Virus record (IMG/VR): IMGVR_UViG_3300009550_000010
Coordinates: 76,906 to 122,499 of that record
Source of the DNA: a virus
Length of the DNA: 45,594 bases
Reading direction: 5' to 3' (one strand)
The notes under the pieces were generated by a model that was not told where the DNA came from, made no database searches, and saw nothing but the letters and a program-made list of their open reading frames with translations. A program made the translations under genes and the position numbers. Shown in pieces: positions 29,301 through 37,765 of this stretch. Numbering within the stretch: the stretch's first letter is position 1; each line of letters begins with the position of its first letter.

Positions 29301-31500
29301 TATCTACAAGGACATCTATGATAGTTCCTGATAATTGAGATACAACTGATGCACCAATACCTGTATGACCTGTCTGAGTTACAGAGAGTCTTGGTCTATT
29401 GATTACGTCATATCCAGATCCAGTGTTTAGAACATCAACCGATTGCAGCGATCCATAATAAACCTTGTCTGTAGATTTATATGAATATATCTCGACACCA
29501 TTTGCAAATAAACCAACACCACCCTGCACAGTCTTTTCTTTAGATATATCATATTCGGGAACAGGAAACTTACGAAGTAATCTCTGACCACCTATTGATG
29601 AATTATAAACTATCTGAGGAGTCAGGAAGTGGGTTGTAATACCTAAAAGGTCAGATCCTATTACAGAAGTAATATACTGCCCTCTACGTACGTTCTCAGG
29701 GGTGTATGCTAATGCTAGAGTATTCTGATCTATCTTCTTGACATAATATGATTGATTCTCAATTAGATTAGTTAATTTAGTTGAGTCTGAAGTGTAGTAA
29801 ACTAATTCACCATCATTATAGTTGTGATCGGTTACAGTAAATTGACTTGTATCAGTGGTTATACCTGCAGTAGAAAATGTTCTGATTCTTTTCTTAGGAT
29901 CAATCTGCCAATGAGGAAGACTGTTTGATGCTACGTATACTTCTTCACCTTTAGAGTAAGAGTTTTGTACGTCAACTGCCTGACCATCTTTAGTTTTGAG
30001 TTGTCTTCGTATAAAGTACGATTTTGTTATATCAATACTAGGTGCGTTTAGTCTTATTGTATTTGATAACGGTGTGCCTGTAATACTACCTTCAATTACA
30101 ACTTCGTCTTGATCTATGACATCCACAGTATCGCCTTGATATAAAGCATGGTCGCTGGTCAAAAGAATACTATAGTTATTTGGTGATATTTGAGTAATAG
30201 TATTGATTTCATATCTTGCAGCAGTATTTCCTATCCATGTAGACCATCTCTTATGGGATTGTTCAATCCCAAGAGTGCTTACATTAATTGAACTACCTGT
30301 TTGCTGTGTTTTTGCAGATCCATTAAAGTTATTGACTACACCAAGTATCTTCAAGTTTACTGGTGAATTGATATCTCCGTCTTCATATGATACTGCTCCT
30401 CCACCCTGTGTCAAAGTAGATCCAATACTTACTGCAGTGGATAGAGTAGAAACACCTACAAACTGCGTATAATTCTTTGATGTGTATGGGAGAGTGGTCT
30501 CACCAAATACTAAATTACCAGCATTATCAAAACCAACTGTACTATCTACGTCAATTATGGTAGTGCTGATACCTGATGTTTTAGTTACGAAGGTCTTTGC
30601 AGTCTGAGTAAATGCACCAATCTGAGTTCCTTTTGATATACCTATCTGATAATAGTTTTTACCTGCTACAAATGATTTTTCTACACGGTATATTGAACCA
30701 CTTACTTCACCTTGTGTAAGTGTCTGCCCTTCAATTTTCAAAGGATTTCCACTTATTGCCTCGCATAGAACTACATCTGCGACAACGTAATCCGCATCAG
30801 ATGGTCTAATCATCTGTTTTGCGGGTTGAATCATCTCAACCTTCTCACCATATAGTCCACCAAATAATATCTTGAACGCTTCTTCTGTTCCTTTTGATTT
30901 GTAGAAGTCAGTTGACTGTCTTATAAAGTTTGGTTGATTTACTTGACTATTGAGTTTTCTTTCTGAGAAACCAGGTAATACCTGTTTCTTCAGTTTCTTC
31001 AAAAACTCAGTGAGGAAGACATTACTGAGATTAGTTACACGAGCATTTACTCCATGTGTTGATATTCCACTACTTGAAAAAGTAAGACTCTCTGGTTGAT
31101 TAGTTTTACTATTATTTTCTATTCCACTAAAACCTCTAACACAACCAGTAAATGATGTAGTGCCTATTCCTGTGTATGTTATTATCTCATTGTCAATCTT
31201 CAGTAGACCGTAAGTTGATGGCCACCCCTTTGTAGAATCTACGAATATTGTATTACTTACATTATTGACTGCAGAAGTGAGTGAGGTAAATCCAGTCAGC
31301 ACCTCATCGTTAAGAAAATCAAGACTCTTATATTCAACTATATTGTCAGCGATATCAACTGTTCCACCTTGAAATTCTTGAGAGATATAATACTGCTCTA
31401 AGAAATTCTCAAGGTTTGGATTTTCCGTTGCGATAGATTGGGGTATTTGACCCCTAACTACCTCATGGATTTTGACTTTAGTAATTGATGTGTTTATCAT
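23353..31500 (-). CDS. gp7: Baseplate wedge initiator gp7-like protein with YHYH-like domain (2715 aa)
   Basis: FLEQYYISQE, FYKSKGTEEAFKILF, IQDSDYYQNFAYSLKS; YHYH-like segment HSPILGYAYDGHPIYGP...DLDEHNGRF; follows gp6. Confidence 0.85.
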   Translation of the reverse strand: MINTSITKVKIHEVVRGQIPQSIATENPNLENFLEQYYISQEFQGGTVDIADNIVEYKSLDFLNDEVLTGFTSLTSAVNNVSNTIFVDSTKGWPSTYGLLKIDNEIITYTGIGTTSFTGCVRGFSGIENNSKTNQPESLTFSSSGISTHGVNARVTNLSNVFLTEFLKKLKKQVLPGFSERKLNSQVNQPNFIRQSTDFYKSKGTEEAFKILFGGLYGEKVEMIQPAKQMIRPSDADYVVADVVLCEAISGNPLKIEGQTLTQGEVSGSIYRVEKSFVAGKNYYQIGISKGTQIGAFTQTAKTFVTKTSGISTTIIDVDSTVGFDNAGNLVFGETTLPYTSKNYTQFVGVSTLSTAVSIGSTLTQGGGAVSYEDGDINSPVNLKILGVVNNFNGSAKTQQTGSSINVSTLGIEQSHKRWSTWIGNTAARYEINTITQISPNNYSILLTSDHALYQGDTVDVIDQDEVVIEGSITGTPLSNTIRLNAPSIDITKSYFIRRQLKTKDGQAVDVQNSYSKGEEVYVASNSLPHWQIDPKKRIRTFSTAGITTDTSQFTVTDHNYNDGELVYYTSDSTKLTNLIENQSYYVKKIDQNTLALAYTPENVRRGQYITSVIGSDLLGITTHFLTPQIVYNSSIGGQRLLRKFPVPEYDISKEKTVQGGVGLFANGVEIYSYKSTDKVYYGSLQSVDVLNTGSGYDVINRPRLSVTQTGHTGIGASVVSQLSGTIIDVLVDTSGVDYQEDPNVTITGGNSDGAILKPKMVLTPQVVSFDSTTTGGVVNTSLNKFSFKTPHGLKSGEQIIYNTNNTDAIGIGTTPGKLIDNASYFTILVNEHEIQLADNDTDALAGTGVIPISGSGGGTHKFSTFIPRKKVDKILIEKNATFNNRLVTTITGINTFTDTININNHGFSSGEIVKYSQGAGAIGGLTNQAQYYIIKTSDNSFRVSISTSLLDYVNLTSTGSGEQTFQDPPIEVRVNGRQGITTANATATPVIRGNIDSVHVSRDGSEYGSTVVNDNFKPSIDTQEGKNAFLQPFIVNGHVDQIIIKYGGENFFSTPDITIAGDGIGAKAKAIVSGGQIVSIEMIDKGAGYTQPKTTVSAKTPGSGAIYSANIDNWTVNQVARYAKSGDMSQDDGFYETATSVGNPYVNYFVPRNLRDFFNDKGVEHSPILGYAYDGHPIYGPHCFKNADGTGGLTYIQSSYKPLTRVDGPPTLQYPSGFFIEDYVYVEGLGDLDEHNGRFAITPDYPNGIYAYYTTVETGINGNTNSPFFSVREPQFPYVIGDTYNSKYDTFNNALTSNQDLDPVALGLVRNTTPHKTKNYEFISNSNKNTKETSKIVSVQTGSIDSITIVRDGENFNVGDKLVFDNTDTRGFGALGEIAEVIGPGISSISSEIIDYSNIKFISDGKNATGIFTGAHGLSNSTNVIIHSASNTFDGNHKIQVREVSSGLGTAMLSVGLTTSVRMQESVNKFGINDIIKIEAEEFLIFGIDTLHNELDLIRAQNGTVAAAHTYGCSVVRLEKEFKFTPKNNTLVEGEVAQYFRGDGDVGVGLTFGVGIGSTVSTLDFGDQFIPNRTIFLPRHPFRDGEKVTYSPGAGTSLTYQTDAMKRVAGGFKRPLPPDVFIKVIDANKVGIVTTLAGISSDLQQVMFDGILGIGNTHSFVSQRSNVNGDLRINEVTVHTLAPHTLEAKDTIDLTVVSAATSTVVATYSDNTRFVSVGSSINPPISVTTGDILTFDLSSSTLADVNLDFYEDQNFKKEFVGSGKSAIEITNSGVPGDALATKTVRFTKEVPNVLYYNFSSKDNSKIIEIDDQIIDYGKITVNDSKFNIRTGIITVTSNTFKYNISRIPERVGYTTTSDIRYTTTSKNVTGPIGRILLTSGGVGYKDNPRVSVASTTGSSVDLKAVGQNIGAIDKVDIIDFGFDYPSDRTLKPQAAMPQVMFLKDNFAVDTVAITSTGNNYLTTPNLVLFNSKTNTVNPQAQFVATLTGNSVGNVKIIKNGGNLSAGDGKLLAVDNTNGVGIISATYAEPTVTLRLKTPSPLGFGSMSFPFAVGDQVFVENTGVTTGTGYNSVDYNYQYFTLTGVTTNPGQVNQAIITYDVDTPPGTHDYGNYGTVTNKKDIAQFDLTLKESVFVNNEIIYNGSNEARVILGDGKTTNVLRVNSIVGFNTGDQIVGKISNGGGTIESIESYGGDFDTGVSVEKIYGWEKDTGKLNQFNQRIQDSDYYQNFAYSLKSFVGISSWSEPVDSLAHIGGFKKHSDLLISSAPTGIGTTSQITAVGTAGTSVILIDNKAKIYERHDHDTGYELPNAAETISDEVVFRHSRFGDSLLCKTNRVLEIDDISPQFYSDPDKIREVEIDTFSIASFSAVKYYAQVVLDSSLGVTYNATQYCEFIVTHDTAKVYINQYADLSDAFDLGEFTATISGTSVSVSFKPFNASFTYDVTFHKEGIPNSVSTGTTAFAHVEKVGVSSAFAASGSPSTVVFFEVDSTKFQSGDILVVHNGSGQKEIEEYSFLCDGTGDIDFTDYTNIGTGVTQGNFDLDISGGIIQFKYTPVSGIGVTIQTLSTLVGIATTVSSVSSNIMNLEVGDSELNATRTTIGASASPSAAIVSTKSFSNYTSMRYTVEIENTTDNKRSVFKVSANSFGGNANFNKYNNISNAADEKRDVRNTEIILSSGNVIMTFLPLANKAYIVRTSEIRIDKPDNVPSDTTITI

Positions 31501-33629
31501 TAATACCCTGAACCAGAGCTGCTAGATGAATTTGATGATGTTGATGATGAAGATGATGTATATGTGGAACTTGAAGATCCAGAATCAGATAGAATGTTCG
31601 GTGTTGATGTAATGAGTTTACTGGAGTCAGAGTGTGATGATCCTGTCATTTTCTGCCCATTGTTCATCGTATGGAAAGGTCCGAAGTATGGTTGACCGTC
31701 AACATAACCTACCAGTTGAGTTGACCCAGTTGTGCTTGATATGATAGCACCCCTTACCTTAGATCCGTTTGAGTAACTTGATTGTACATCAAATCTTGTG
31801 CCTGATGTATTTGCACCTGAAGCAATAGAGTCTTGCCTCATATAGAAATTACTCTGAGTAACATCAAACTGTAAATACAATTCCTTTCTTGCTAATACAT
31901 CATTAGACAACGGAATTGCTTGAACCTCCACAATATTGTTTGGTTGAACGGTAGATGTTATATTCACAGTATCTATAATGATTTCTCCCTTCTTATAATC
32001 AATAGTACCAAAGGATTTAGAAAGAATTTTGATGTCAGCATCAGATACAATCTGGAAGAGTATCAAATTACCCTTATCAGTCCCTGCTATCTTCTCATCA
32101 CTGAAGTAGACTGTACCCACTGTTCCTGAAATTGAGAATCCAGTTGACTTGATATTATAAGAACTTTCTGGTGCGTAGAATTCATTATCGTAACATAATT
32201 CATACTGTGCAAACTGATTGATCTTAGCGTTCAGGTTTCTTCTAATTCTTACAGTTGTAATGTTTGAAGTAATTGAAGTATTGACACTATCAATCAATGA
32301 TAGTATCTTACTATACTTGAATCTACCACCAAACTTATTTAACTCTGTACCGCCTGAGAATGATGCAATAGCACTGATAACTTCACTCTTCAGATTATCA
32401 GGGTCACCAATAAAGTTTGCATTATAATAGACTGTACTATCAATCTCAACATACATGAACTTGAGGTCTACAAATTCAGGCACTATACCTGCAACAGAAT
32501 AACTTTTCAAAGAAGACAATATCTGCTTCTTAGTAAAGTCAGATAAGAAGTTACCATTTCTAGGTTTAGCTGCAATGAATACTCTTCCATACTGAGGAGG
32601 ATCTAAATCTTCTCCACCGTATGCACTGACTGATTCAATGTTAGAGTATACAGTTGGTAGTATTGCTTCATAGTCAGATGCAGTAACTGCCCTGTGCTGT
32701 GAGGCATATCGCCTTGGAGCGTAGTATTTTACGCTCTGTAGGGATTCTATCTCATCACCATTATCAGACGGTTCATTGACTGTTAGTATAGGTGTGTAGT
32801 TCTGAAGAGTGGCACCTTCTTGATCTATTAGTTTACCAGAGAATGAGAAGTCTCTGACACCATTGCCATCAGAACCATTAGTACGGATATAGGATATTTC
32901 AACAACGTTTCCTGAATCCAGTTTTTTTCCAAAGATGTTATCACCAAATAGAAGTTCATATTTTTCATCTGATGTTTCCTGTAGTAGATAAATGTTTGAT
33001 GTAGAAGTAATACCAAGAATATTATCAACTAAACTAAATTGTGTCTCTGTAGTAGATGAAACATTATCCCTGACCTTGACTCTTATAGTAGATGTGTCTA
33101 TACCATCATTAGGTAATACATATCTTTGATTTTTTTGACTACTATCAACAACAAAATTAGTTTCTAGATATTGACCTTGATATATCTCTAATGTACCAAC
33201 TGCCTCACCATTCTCTGCTGTACCAGTCACCTGCTCTGGAATAGAAAAAATATAACTTGTATTTGACACTCTACCATTTGATATAATACCAGGTTGAAAC
33301 TTAATTTGTGTTACTGTACTTGATAAATCTGAAATATTATAATCTACCTTTGCCTTTGCTGCTCTTTTTGATCTAGGAACATAACCAATATTTCTCGCTA
33401 ATGATACTACGTTTTCTCTTATTGTAGCACTGTCAATGAATGTCTCGTTCACTGCCATATTGGTATTGAACGCTGTAATATATGTGTTATATGCTAATAG
33501 ATTGATTACTACAGATAAGTTAGAACCCTCAAAATCAAAATCAGTAAAGTTACTGTTTGATCGAAGATAATCCTTGATCGAGGTCTTTATATCCTCGTAA
33601 TTGAGGTTTGTGTATTGTTGCAGTGCCAT
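31500..33629 (-). CDS. gp6: Baseplate wedge subunit gp6
   Basis: FTDFDFEGSNLSVVINLLAYNTY, RENVVSLARNIGYVPRS, YELLFGD, RAVTASDY, GGEDLDPPQYGRVFI. Confidence 0.95.
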   Translation of the reverse strand: MALQQYTNLNYEDIKTSIKDYLRSNSNFTDFDFEGSNLSVVINLLAYNTYITAFNTNMAVNETFIDSATIRENVVSLARNIGYVPRSKRAAKAKVDYNISDLSSTVTQIKFQPGIISNGRVSNTSYIFSIPEQVTGTAENGEAVGTLEIYQGQYLETNFVVDSSQKNQRYVLPNDGIDTSTIRVKVRDNVSSTTETQFSLVDNILGITSTSNIYLLQETSDEKYELLFGDNIFGKKLDSGNVVEISYIRTNGSDGNGVRDFSFSGKLIDQEGATLQNYTPILTVNEPSDNGDEIESLQSVKYYAPRRYASQHRAVTASDYEAILPTVYSNIESVSAYGGEDLDPPQYGRVFIAAKPRNGNFLSDFTKKQILSSLKSYSVAGIVPEFVDLKFMYVEIDSTVYYNANFIGDPDNLKSEVISAIASFSGGTELNKFGGRFKYSKILSLIDSVNTSITSNITTVRIRRNLNAKINQFAQYELCYDNEFYAPESSYNIKSTGFSISGTVGTVYFSDEKIAGTDKGNLILFQIVSDADIKILSKSFGTIDYKKGEIIIDTVNITSTVQPNNIVEVQAIPLSNDVLARKELYLQFDVTQSNFYMRQDSIASGANTSGTRFDVQSSYSNGSKVRGAIISSTTGSTQLVGYVDGQPYFGPFHTMNNGQKMTGSSHSDSSKLITSTPNILSDSGSSSSTYTSSSSSTSSNSSSSSGSGY

Positions 33630-34033
33630 TATAACCTAGTTGGTTCTAAAATAAAGTTTAGCGATTGAGAGGGAGTGGATAATCCTACAATGTCATAATC
33701 TATAGTGATATCAATAGCATTTTGATCGGGGAAAGAATTCACATTTACTCTTTGAAGCAACACTCTTGGTTCAAAGTTAGTAATCACCGTTTCGATCTCA
33801 TTCTTTATAGGATCGACATAATCACTGTTTGCCAATTCAAAAAGAGCTTGTTCTACTCTTGTTCCAATTAAATCATTGAAGAAAACTTCTCCTATTTGTG
33901 TCCTTACCAAATTCTGAACAGATCTCTTGATTGCATCCTCATTTTTTAGAGGAAGTATATCATTAGTGATTGGATGACGCTTGAATGAAAGCGATATATC
34001 TTTAAAACCTTGAGATGTTCTTTGAACTGGCAC
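33629..34033 (-). CDS. gp25: Baseplate wedge subunit gp25
   Basis: FKDISLSFKRHPITND, AIKRSVQNLV, ITNFEPRV. Confidence 0.92.
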   Translation of the reverse strand: MPVQRTSQGFKDISLSFKRHPITNDILPLKNEDAIKRSVQNLVRTQIGEVFFNDLIGTRVEQALFELANSDYVDPIKNEIETVITNFEPRVLLQRVNVNSFPDQNAIDITIDYDIVGLSTPSQSLNFILEPTRL

Positions 34034-34053
34034 TATTTTACTACGATCTCGTG

Positions 34054-34068
34054 TATTTATCTATTTAG
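34054..34068 (-). promoter_or_regulatory. Tandem late promoter boxes (CTAAATA, ATAAATA) at the head of the baseplate operon
   Basis: Minus strand reads CTAAATAGATAAATA upstream of gp25. Confidence 0.75.
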
Positions 34069-34075
34069 AGGCAAT

Positions 34076-34100
34076 AAAAAAGGGAGTCGTAAAACTCCCT
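34076..34100 (-). terminator. Rho-independent terminator ending the enzyme-island transcript
   Basis: Minus strand AGGGAGT-tttacg-ACTCCCT followed by a T run. Confidence 0.8.
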
Positions 34101-34150
34101 GTTCTGAAAAAGACTAATAAACCCTCCGTAGCCAGTTGATCTGTCGGATT

Positions 34151-34354
34151 TCACTCGTCTTCTGTATCCTCGCCCAAATACTCAACTCGTACATCATCAG
34201 GATGGGGAGTACCAATGGAATAAAAGTCGTCTGCAAAAGTTTGCGTAACGTCCATCATTTCCTCTTCTGTAATAGAAGAATGTACCTTTTCTTCCCCAAC
34301 GTATATATCGTACTTTGCCACCATTGTTACATCCAATACACTATTTGTAACCAT
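34151..34354 (-). CDS. Small acidic hypothetical protein
   Basis: KYDIY...ITEEEMMDVTQTFADDFY..G.PHP; start abuts the upstream stop. Confidence 0.7.
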   Translation of the reverse strand: MVTNSVLDVTMVAKYDIYVGEEKVHSSITEEEMMDVTQTFADDFYSIGTPHPDDVRVEYLGEDTEDE

Positions 34355-35113
34355 TTATAAGATTCTTGTTTTCTCGTGACCGACTCTGCATTTAGGATCT
34401 ATCCATATTTCATAACCTGCTTTGATTGCATCTAGACAGAAAGAAACGTCTTCACCACACATGTCTTGCACCTCTCCTGACTCAAATACTTGCATCTGAG
34501 GAGCAAACCAAGGGTACTTCATTTCTTTATTCTCAAATACACCATTCTTAATAAGTAACCAACCAAACCCAGTATAATCAACTGTGAACGGTTTGCGTCT
34601 CTTGACAATTCCATCAACCATCTCATGATTCATGACTCCACCATTTTCTTTGAAATCATCTTCTTCCATCCAGTGTGCACATGATGTAGTACGTCCATCT
34701 TCAGTTACATACCATCCACCTGCTAGATCTTTATCCATCCATACAAGACGATAGAACTGTTCGATACCAAATACTATATCACTATCAATCCATAACTGAT
34801 AATCATACTTTAGTTTACCATCCCAAGGTATCTGATCAGGTCCTCGTAATACATTTGCACCAAGACACTTACATCTGGCAAAATTAACCATAGATGAATA
34901 GTCTTGCGATATTTGAATACTTGCACCCTGCTGCACTAACTCGAAACAGAGAGATACAAAGTTTTTCAAATAGATGTATGATACTCCTCTACCTGGTAAA
35001 CAGAAAACTATACTCTTCCCTTTGATAAGAGGTCTAGCATTCTCTATAGAAAATTCATTACTTGCTTCTTCTGGGTTAGGTGCAGAAGATACCACCTTGA
35101 ATCCTTTTGCCAT
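34355..35113 (-). CDS. GT-A fold glycosyltransferase-like protein
   Basis: DxD motif LWIDSDI, VNFAR, YTGFGWLLIK, GEDVSFC, VGHEK. Confidence 0.75.
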   Translation of the reverse strand: MAKGFKVVSSAPNPEEASNEFSIENARPLIKGKSIVFCLPGRGVSYIYLKNFVSLCFELVQQGASIQISQDYSSMVNFARCKCLGANVLRGPDQIPWDGKLKYDYQLWIDSDIVFGIEQFYRLVWMDKDLAGGWYVTEDGRTTSCAHWMEEDDFKENGGVMNHEMVDGIVKRRKPFTVDYTGFGWLLIKNGVFENKEMKYPWFAPQMQVFESGEVQDMCGEDVSFCLDAIKAGYEIWIDPKCRVGHEKTRIL

Positions 35114-35146
35114 TACAAATGATCGCTGTCAATTCATTATACTGAT

Positions 35147-35752
35147 TTATATAGTCGATGTCAATTTACCTATGATATAATCTGCGACTCTCTTATGACC
35201 TTCAATATTGAAGTGGCAGAGCGACCTTTTCTTTGTATCGCTATAATAGTATTTTTTATTTTTTCTTCTACCTAATAATGTTTTTTCCCTATCCATAATG
35301 TTGGAGTTGGCGATTGTCTGCAATTTACCTTTACAATTTCTACTCCAAATATTATCACCGTACACATTATAATATTGTAATAAGAGTAGAGGAATATTTT
35401 TTTTCTCAAACTCCTGTTCTAAAATGTAACGATTCTTGTAAAAATTCAGTGCACCCACTTCATCATTATAATAATTTTCATAAAAAATAGAATCCTTAGT
35501 AGGGATTAGTTTTTTGTTAAAATGTACTCTCTCACAATGTGTCAACATTATAATTGCATGATCACATATATTATTTTCTAAAAATTCCAATGTTCGCATT
35601 GTAATTAAGTCATTACTTGCACAACCTATAGAGTCATTGAGATGATCTGCTTTGAAATGTTTACTTACTAATGTAGAAAACCTCTGACCCTTACGATCAT
35701 CTAACTCACCTCCAAATGTATAAGAGCAACCATTAAAATACAGAAACATCAT
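35147..35752 (-). CDS. SGNH-fold hydrolase/acyltransferase-like protein
   Basis: YFNGCSYTFG, GCASND, CHFNIEGH; likely start 35752 or 35749 after GGAG. Confidence 0.65.
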   Translation of the reverse strand: MMFLYFNGCSYTFGGELDDRKGQRFSTLVSKHFKADHLNDSIGCASNDLITMRTLEFLENNICDHAIIMLTHCERVHFNKKLIPTKDSIFYENYYNDEVGALNFYKNRYILEQEFEKKNIPLLLLQYYNVYGDNIWSRNCKGKLQTIANSNIMDREKTLLGRRKNKKYYYSDTKKRSLCHFNIEGHKRVADYIIGKLTSTI

Positions 35753-37124
35753 ACTTCTCCGAAAATAGTTCTGCATCTTCCCATGTATTCACCATAGGTT
35801 TTCCCTTTATGTTTAATGAAGTATTCAACAATACAGGACAATCTGTTCTTCTATACCACTCCTCCAGTATGGGTCTCAGGATGCTCTCCGATGTCTCAGG
35901 TACCGTTTGTACTCTCGCACTATTATCAACGTGTATACAAGCAGGTATCGCCTTTGGTTGCTTACACTGATAGACATAGGACATGTATCTCGAATGGGAA
36001 GGCATATCAAAGAAGTCCTGACAATGCTCCTCCAAAACCGCAGGTGCAAAGGGTCTGAACTTCTGTCTCTTTTTGATCTCATTTACTCTGTCTTTGTTTG
36101 CAATTTTCCTCGGATCCGCCAATAGACTTCGATTACCGAGAGCACGAGGACCAAACTCAGCACGGCCATTTGCAACGCCAGCGATTCCTTTTTCGATGAG
36201 GCAGTCAACTATTTCCCTTGGATTACAGTAATGTTGTATATTATATCCCAAGTAGGGAGAGAATTCAACCTTGCCACCATATGATAGCAATGCTGCTCCT
36301 AAAGCACCACCTGCGTCACCAGGATTCGGCATGATCCACATATTGTACATTTCCCTCAAACCAGTGTTGCAAACACAGTTGAGTGCCACTCCTCCACCAT
36401 AACAAATGTTCTCACTGTACTTTGCTGCTCTTGCGAATATCTCATTGAGTTCTAATTGCAGTATACGCTCTGCACTCTTTGCAATATCAAACTTATCGTA
36501 AGACTCAGGTATCTTTACACCCTTATGACAATTCTGATGCCTCAGTCTCTCCACCACGTTCATATAAACAGGATTACCATATGCTGCCATACCCATAAAG
36601 ATATATTCTTCATCTAAAGGTCTAAGACCTGCCCATTTGGTTAATGCACTATACCACAGTCCAATAGAGTTGGGATATCGCTGCGACCAGACTTTTTTAT
36701 ACTTCGCCTTACCTTCTACCATCTTTGCAGTCCATATAGACGTACAATCCCATTCTCCGATACTATCAATGACTACACATGCTGCTTCTTCAAATAAAGA
36801 TGTCTGAAACGCTGCTGCAGCGTGAGAAAGGTGATGTGGGAAATATTGAGTCGGTTTGAGTCCTAAATGTCGTTCACTGAAAGTTGTACTGTATTGACCT
36901 GCATAAAACTGTCTTGTTTTCTTCAAAAGCGGTTTTTCGTAAAAAGCAATGTCATCATTACCTTCATGCATATTAAATATCTGTGCAGTGGCAGATGCAG
37001 TGCAATCTAAGTTGCGATCATGTTTTTTCTTGGAATATCGTTCTGAATGTGTTGCAAAACGTATTTTGCCATCGTTTACAACAGCAATTGCAGAATCGTG
37101 GAAACCTTCGCTAAAACCAATCAT
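35733..37124 (-). CDS. O-carbamoyltransferase, NodU/CmcH family
   Basis: GFHDSA, HHLSHAA, DSIGE, GGVALN, GDAGGALG, EFGPRALGNRS, RPFAP, HVDNSARVQTV, LNTSLN. Confidence 0.95.
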   Translation of the reverse strand: MIGFSEGFHDSAIAVVNDGKIRFATHSERYSKKKHDRNLDCTASATAQIFNMHEGNDDIAFYEKPLLKKTRQFYAGQYSTTFSERHLGLKPTQYFPHHLSHAAAAFQTSLFEEAACVVIDSIGEWDCTSIWTAKMVEGKAKYKKVWSQRYPNSIGLWYSALTKWAGLRPLDEEYIFMGMAAYGNPVYMNVVERLRHQNCHKGVKIPESYDKFDIAKSAERILQLELNEIFARAAKYSENICYGGGVALNCVCNTGLREMYNMWIMPNPGDAGGALGAALLSYGGKVEFSPYLGYNIQHYCNPREIVDCLIEKGIAGVANGRAEFGPRALGNRSLLADPRKIANKDRVNEIKKRQKFRPFAPAVLEEHCQDFFDMPSHSRYMSYVYQCKQPKAIPACIHVDNSARVQTVPETSESILRPILEEWYRRTDCPVLLNTSLNIKGKPMVNTWEDAELFSEKYDVSVF

Positions 37125-37765
37125 AATAACTTCATTATATCAGATGCAATCATGATATGCCCAAGTTTATTGGGGTGATTACCTTTTGCTCGTGGATATT
37201 TGGATTTATTCAACTGCAAATCAAAAGGCATCTTAGTTCTCTTGTTTATAGTCATCATTATGTGAGGAATCGACATATTTGTCAACTTGTTTTTTATAAG
37301 ATGAAAAAATAGCATTTCATCAGACTCACCATACTTATCATGGTACAATTCCTCGTAATATCTAATCCACCACTCTTTTCCATCCATAATATTCCCAGTG
37401 CTCATATAATGTTCTTTATCAACCATAATACTGTCCCACTCTGACTGTATTTTTGGTTCTCTACGATATCTTACATTAGGATAAAGTTTTTTTTGTATAT
37501 TTCTCTTATACCTTGTTGCTGTACCTCTTTTATCGTACCATTCAGTTCTACTAGGGTGTGTCATTTGGGCAAGGACTAAATCAAACTCTGAAATATCACT
37601 TTCTAAAAATCTTCTTGCAATACCGTGATTTGATAAACCATTCCAACCTAAATTTGTGACTTCTGCGTTTATTCTACGACCTACAAGAGTACTGAAACAC
37701 TCTTTGGATCTATCATTCAGTTCATCACCATTTGTCCAACTACATCCTATTGTTAATAATTTCAT
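37121..37765 (-). CDS. SGNH-fold protein
   Basis: TIGCSWTNG, GLSNH, AQMTHPSRTEW, NHPNKLGH. Confidence 0.7.
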   Translation of the reverse strand: MKLLTIGCSWTNGDELNDRSKECFSTLVGRRINAEVTNLGWNGLSNHGIARRFLESDISEFDLVLAQMTHPSRTEWYDKRGTATRYKRNIQKKLYPNVRYRREPKIQSEWDSIMVDKEHYMSTGNIMDGKEWWIRYYEELYHDKYGESDEMLFFHLIKNKLTNMSIPHIMMTINKRTKMPFDLQLNKSKYPRAKGNHPNKLGHIMIASDIMKLL

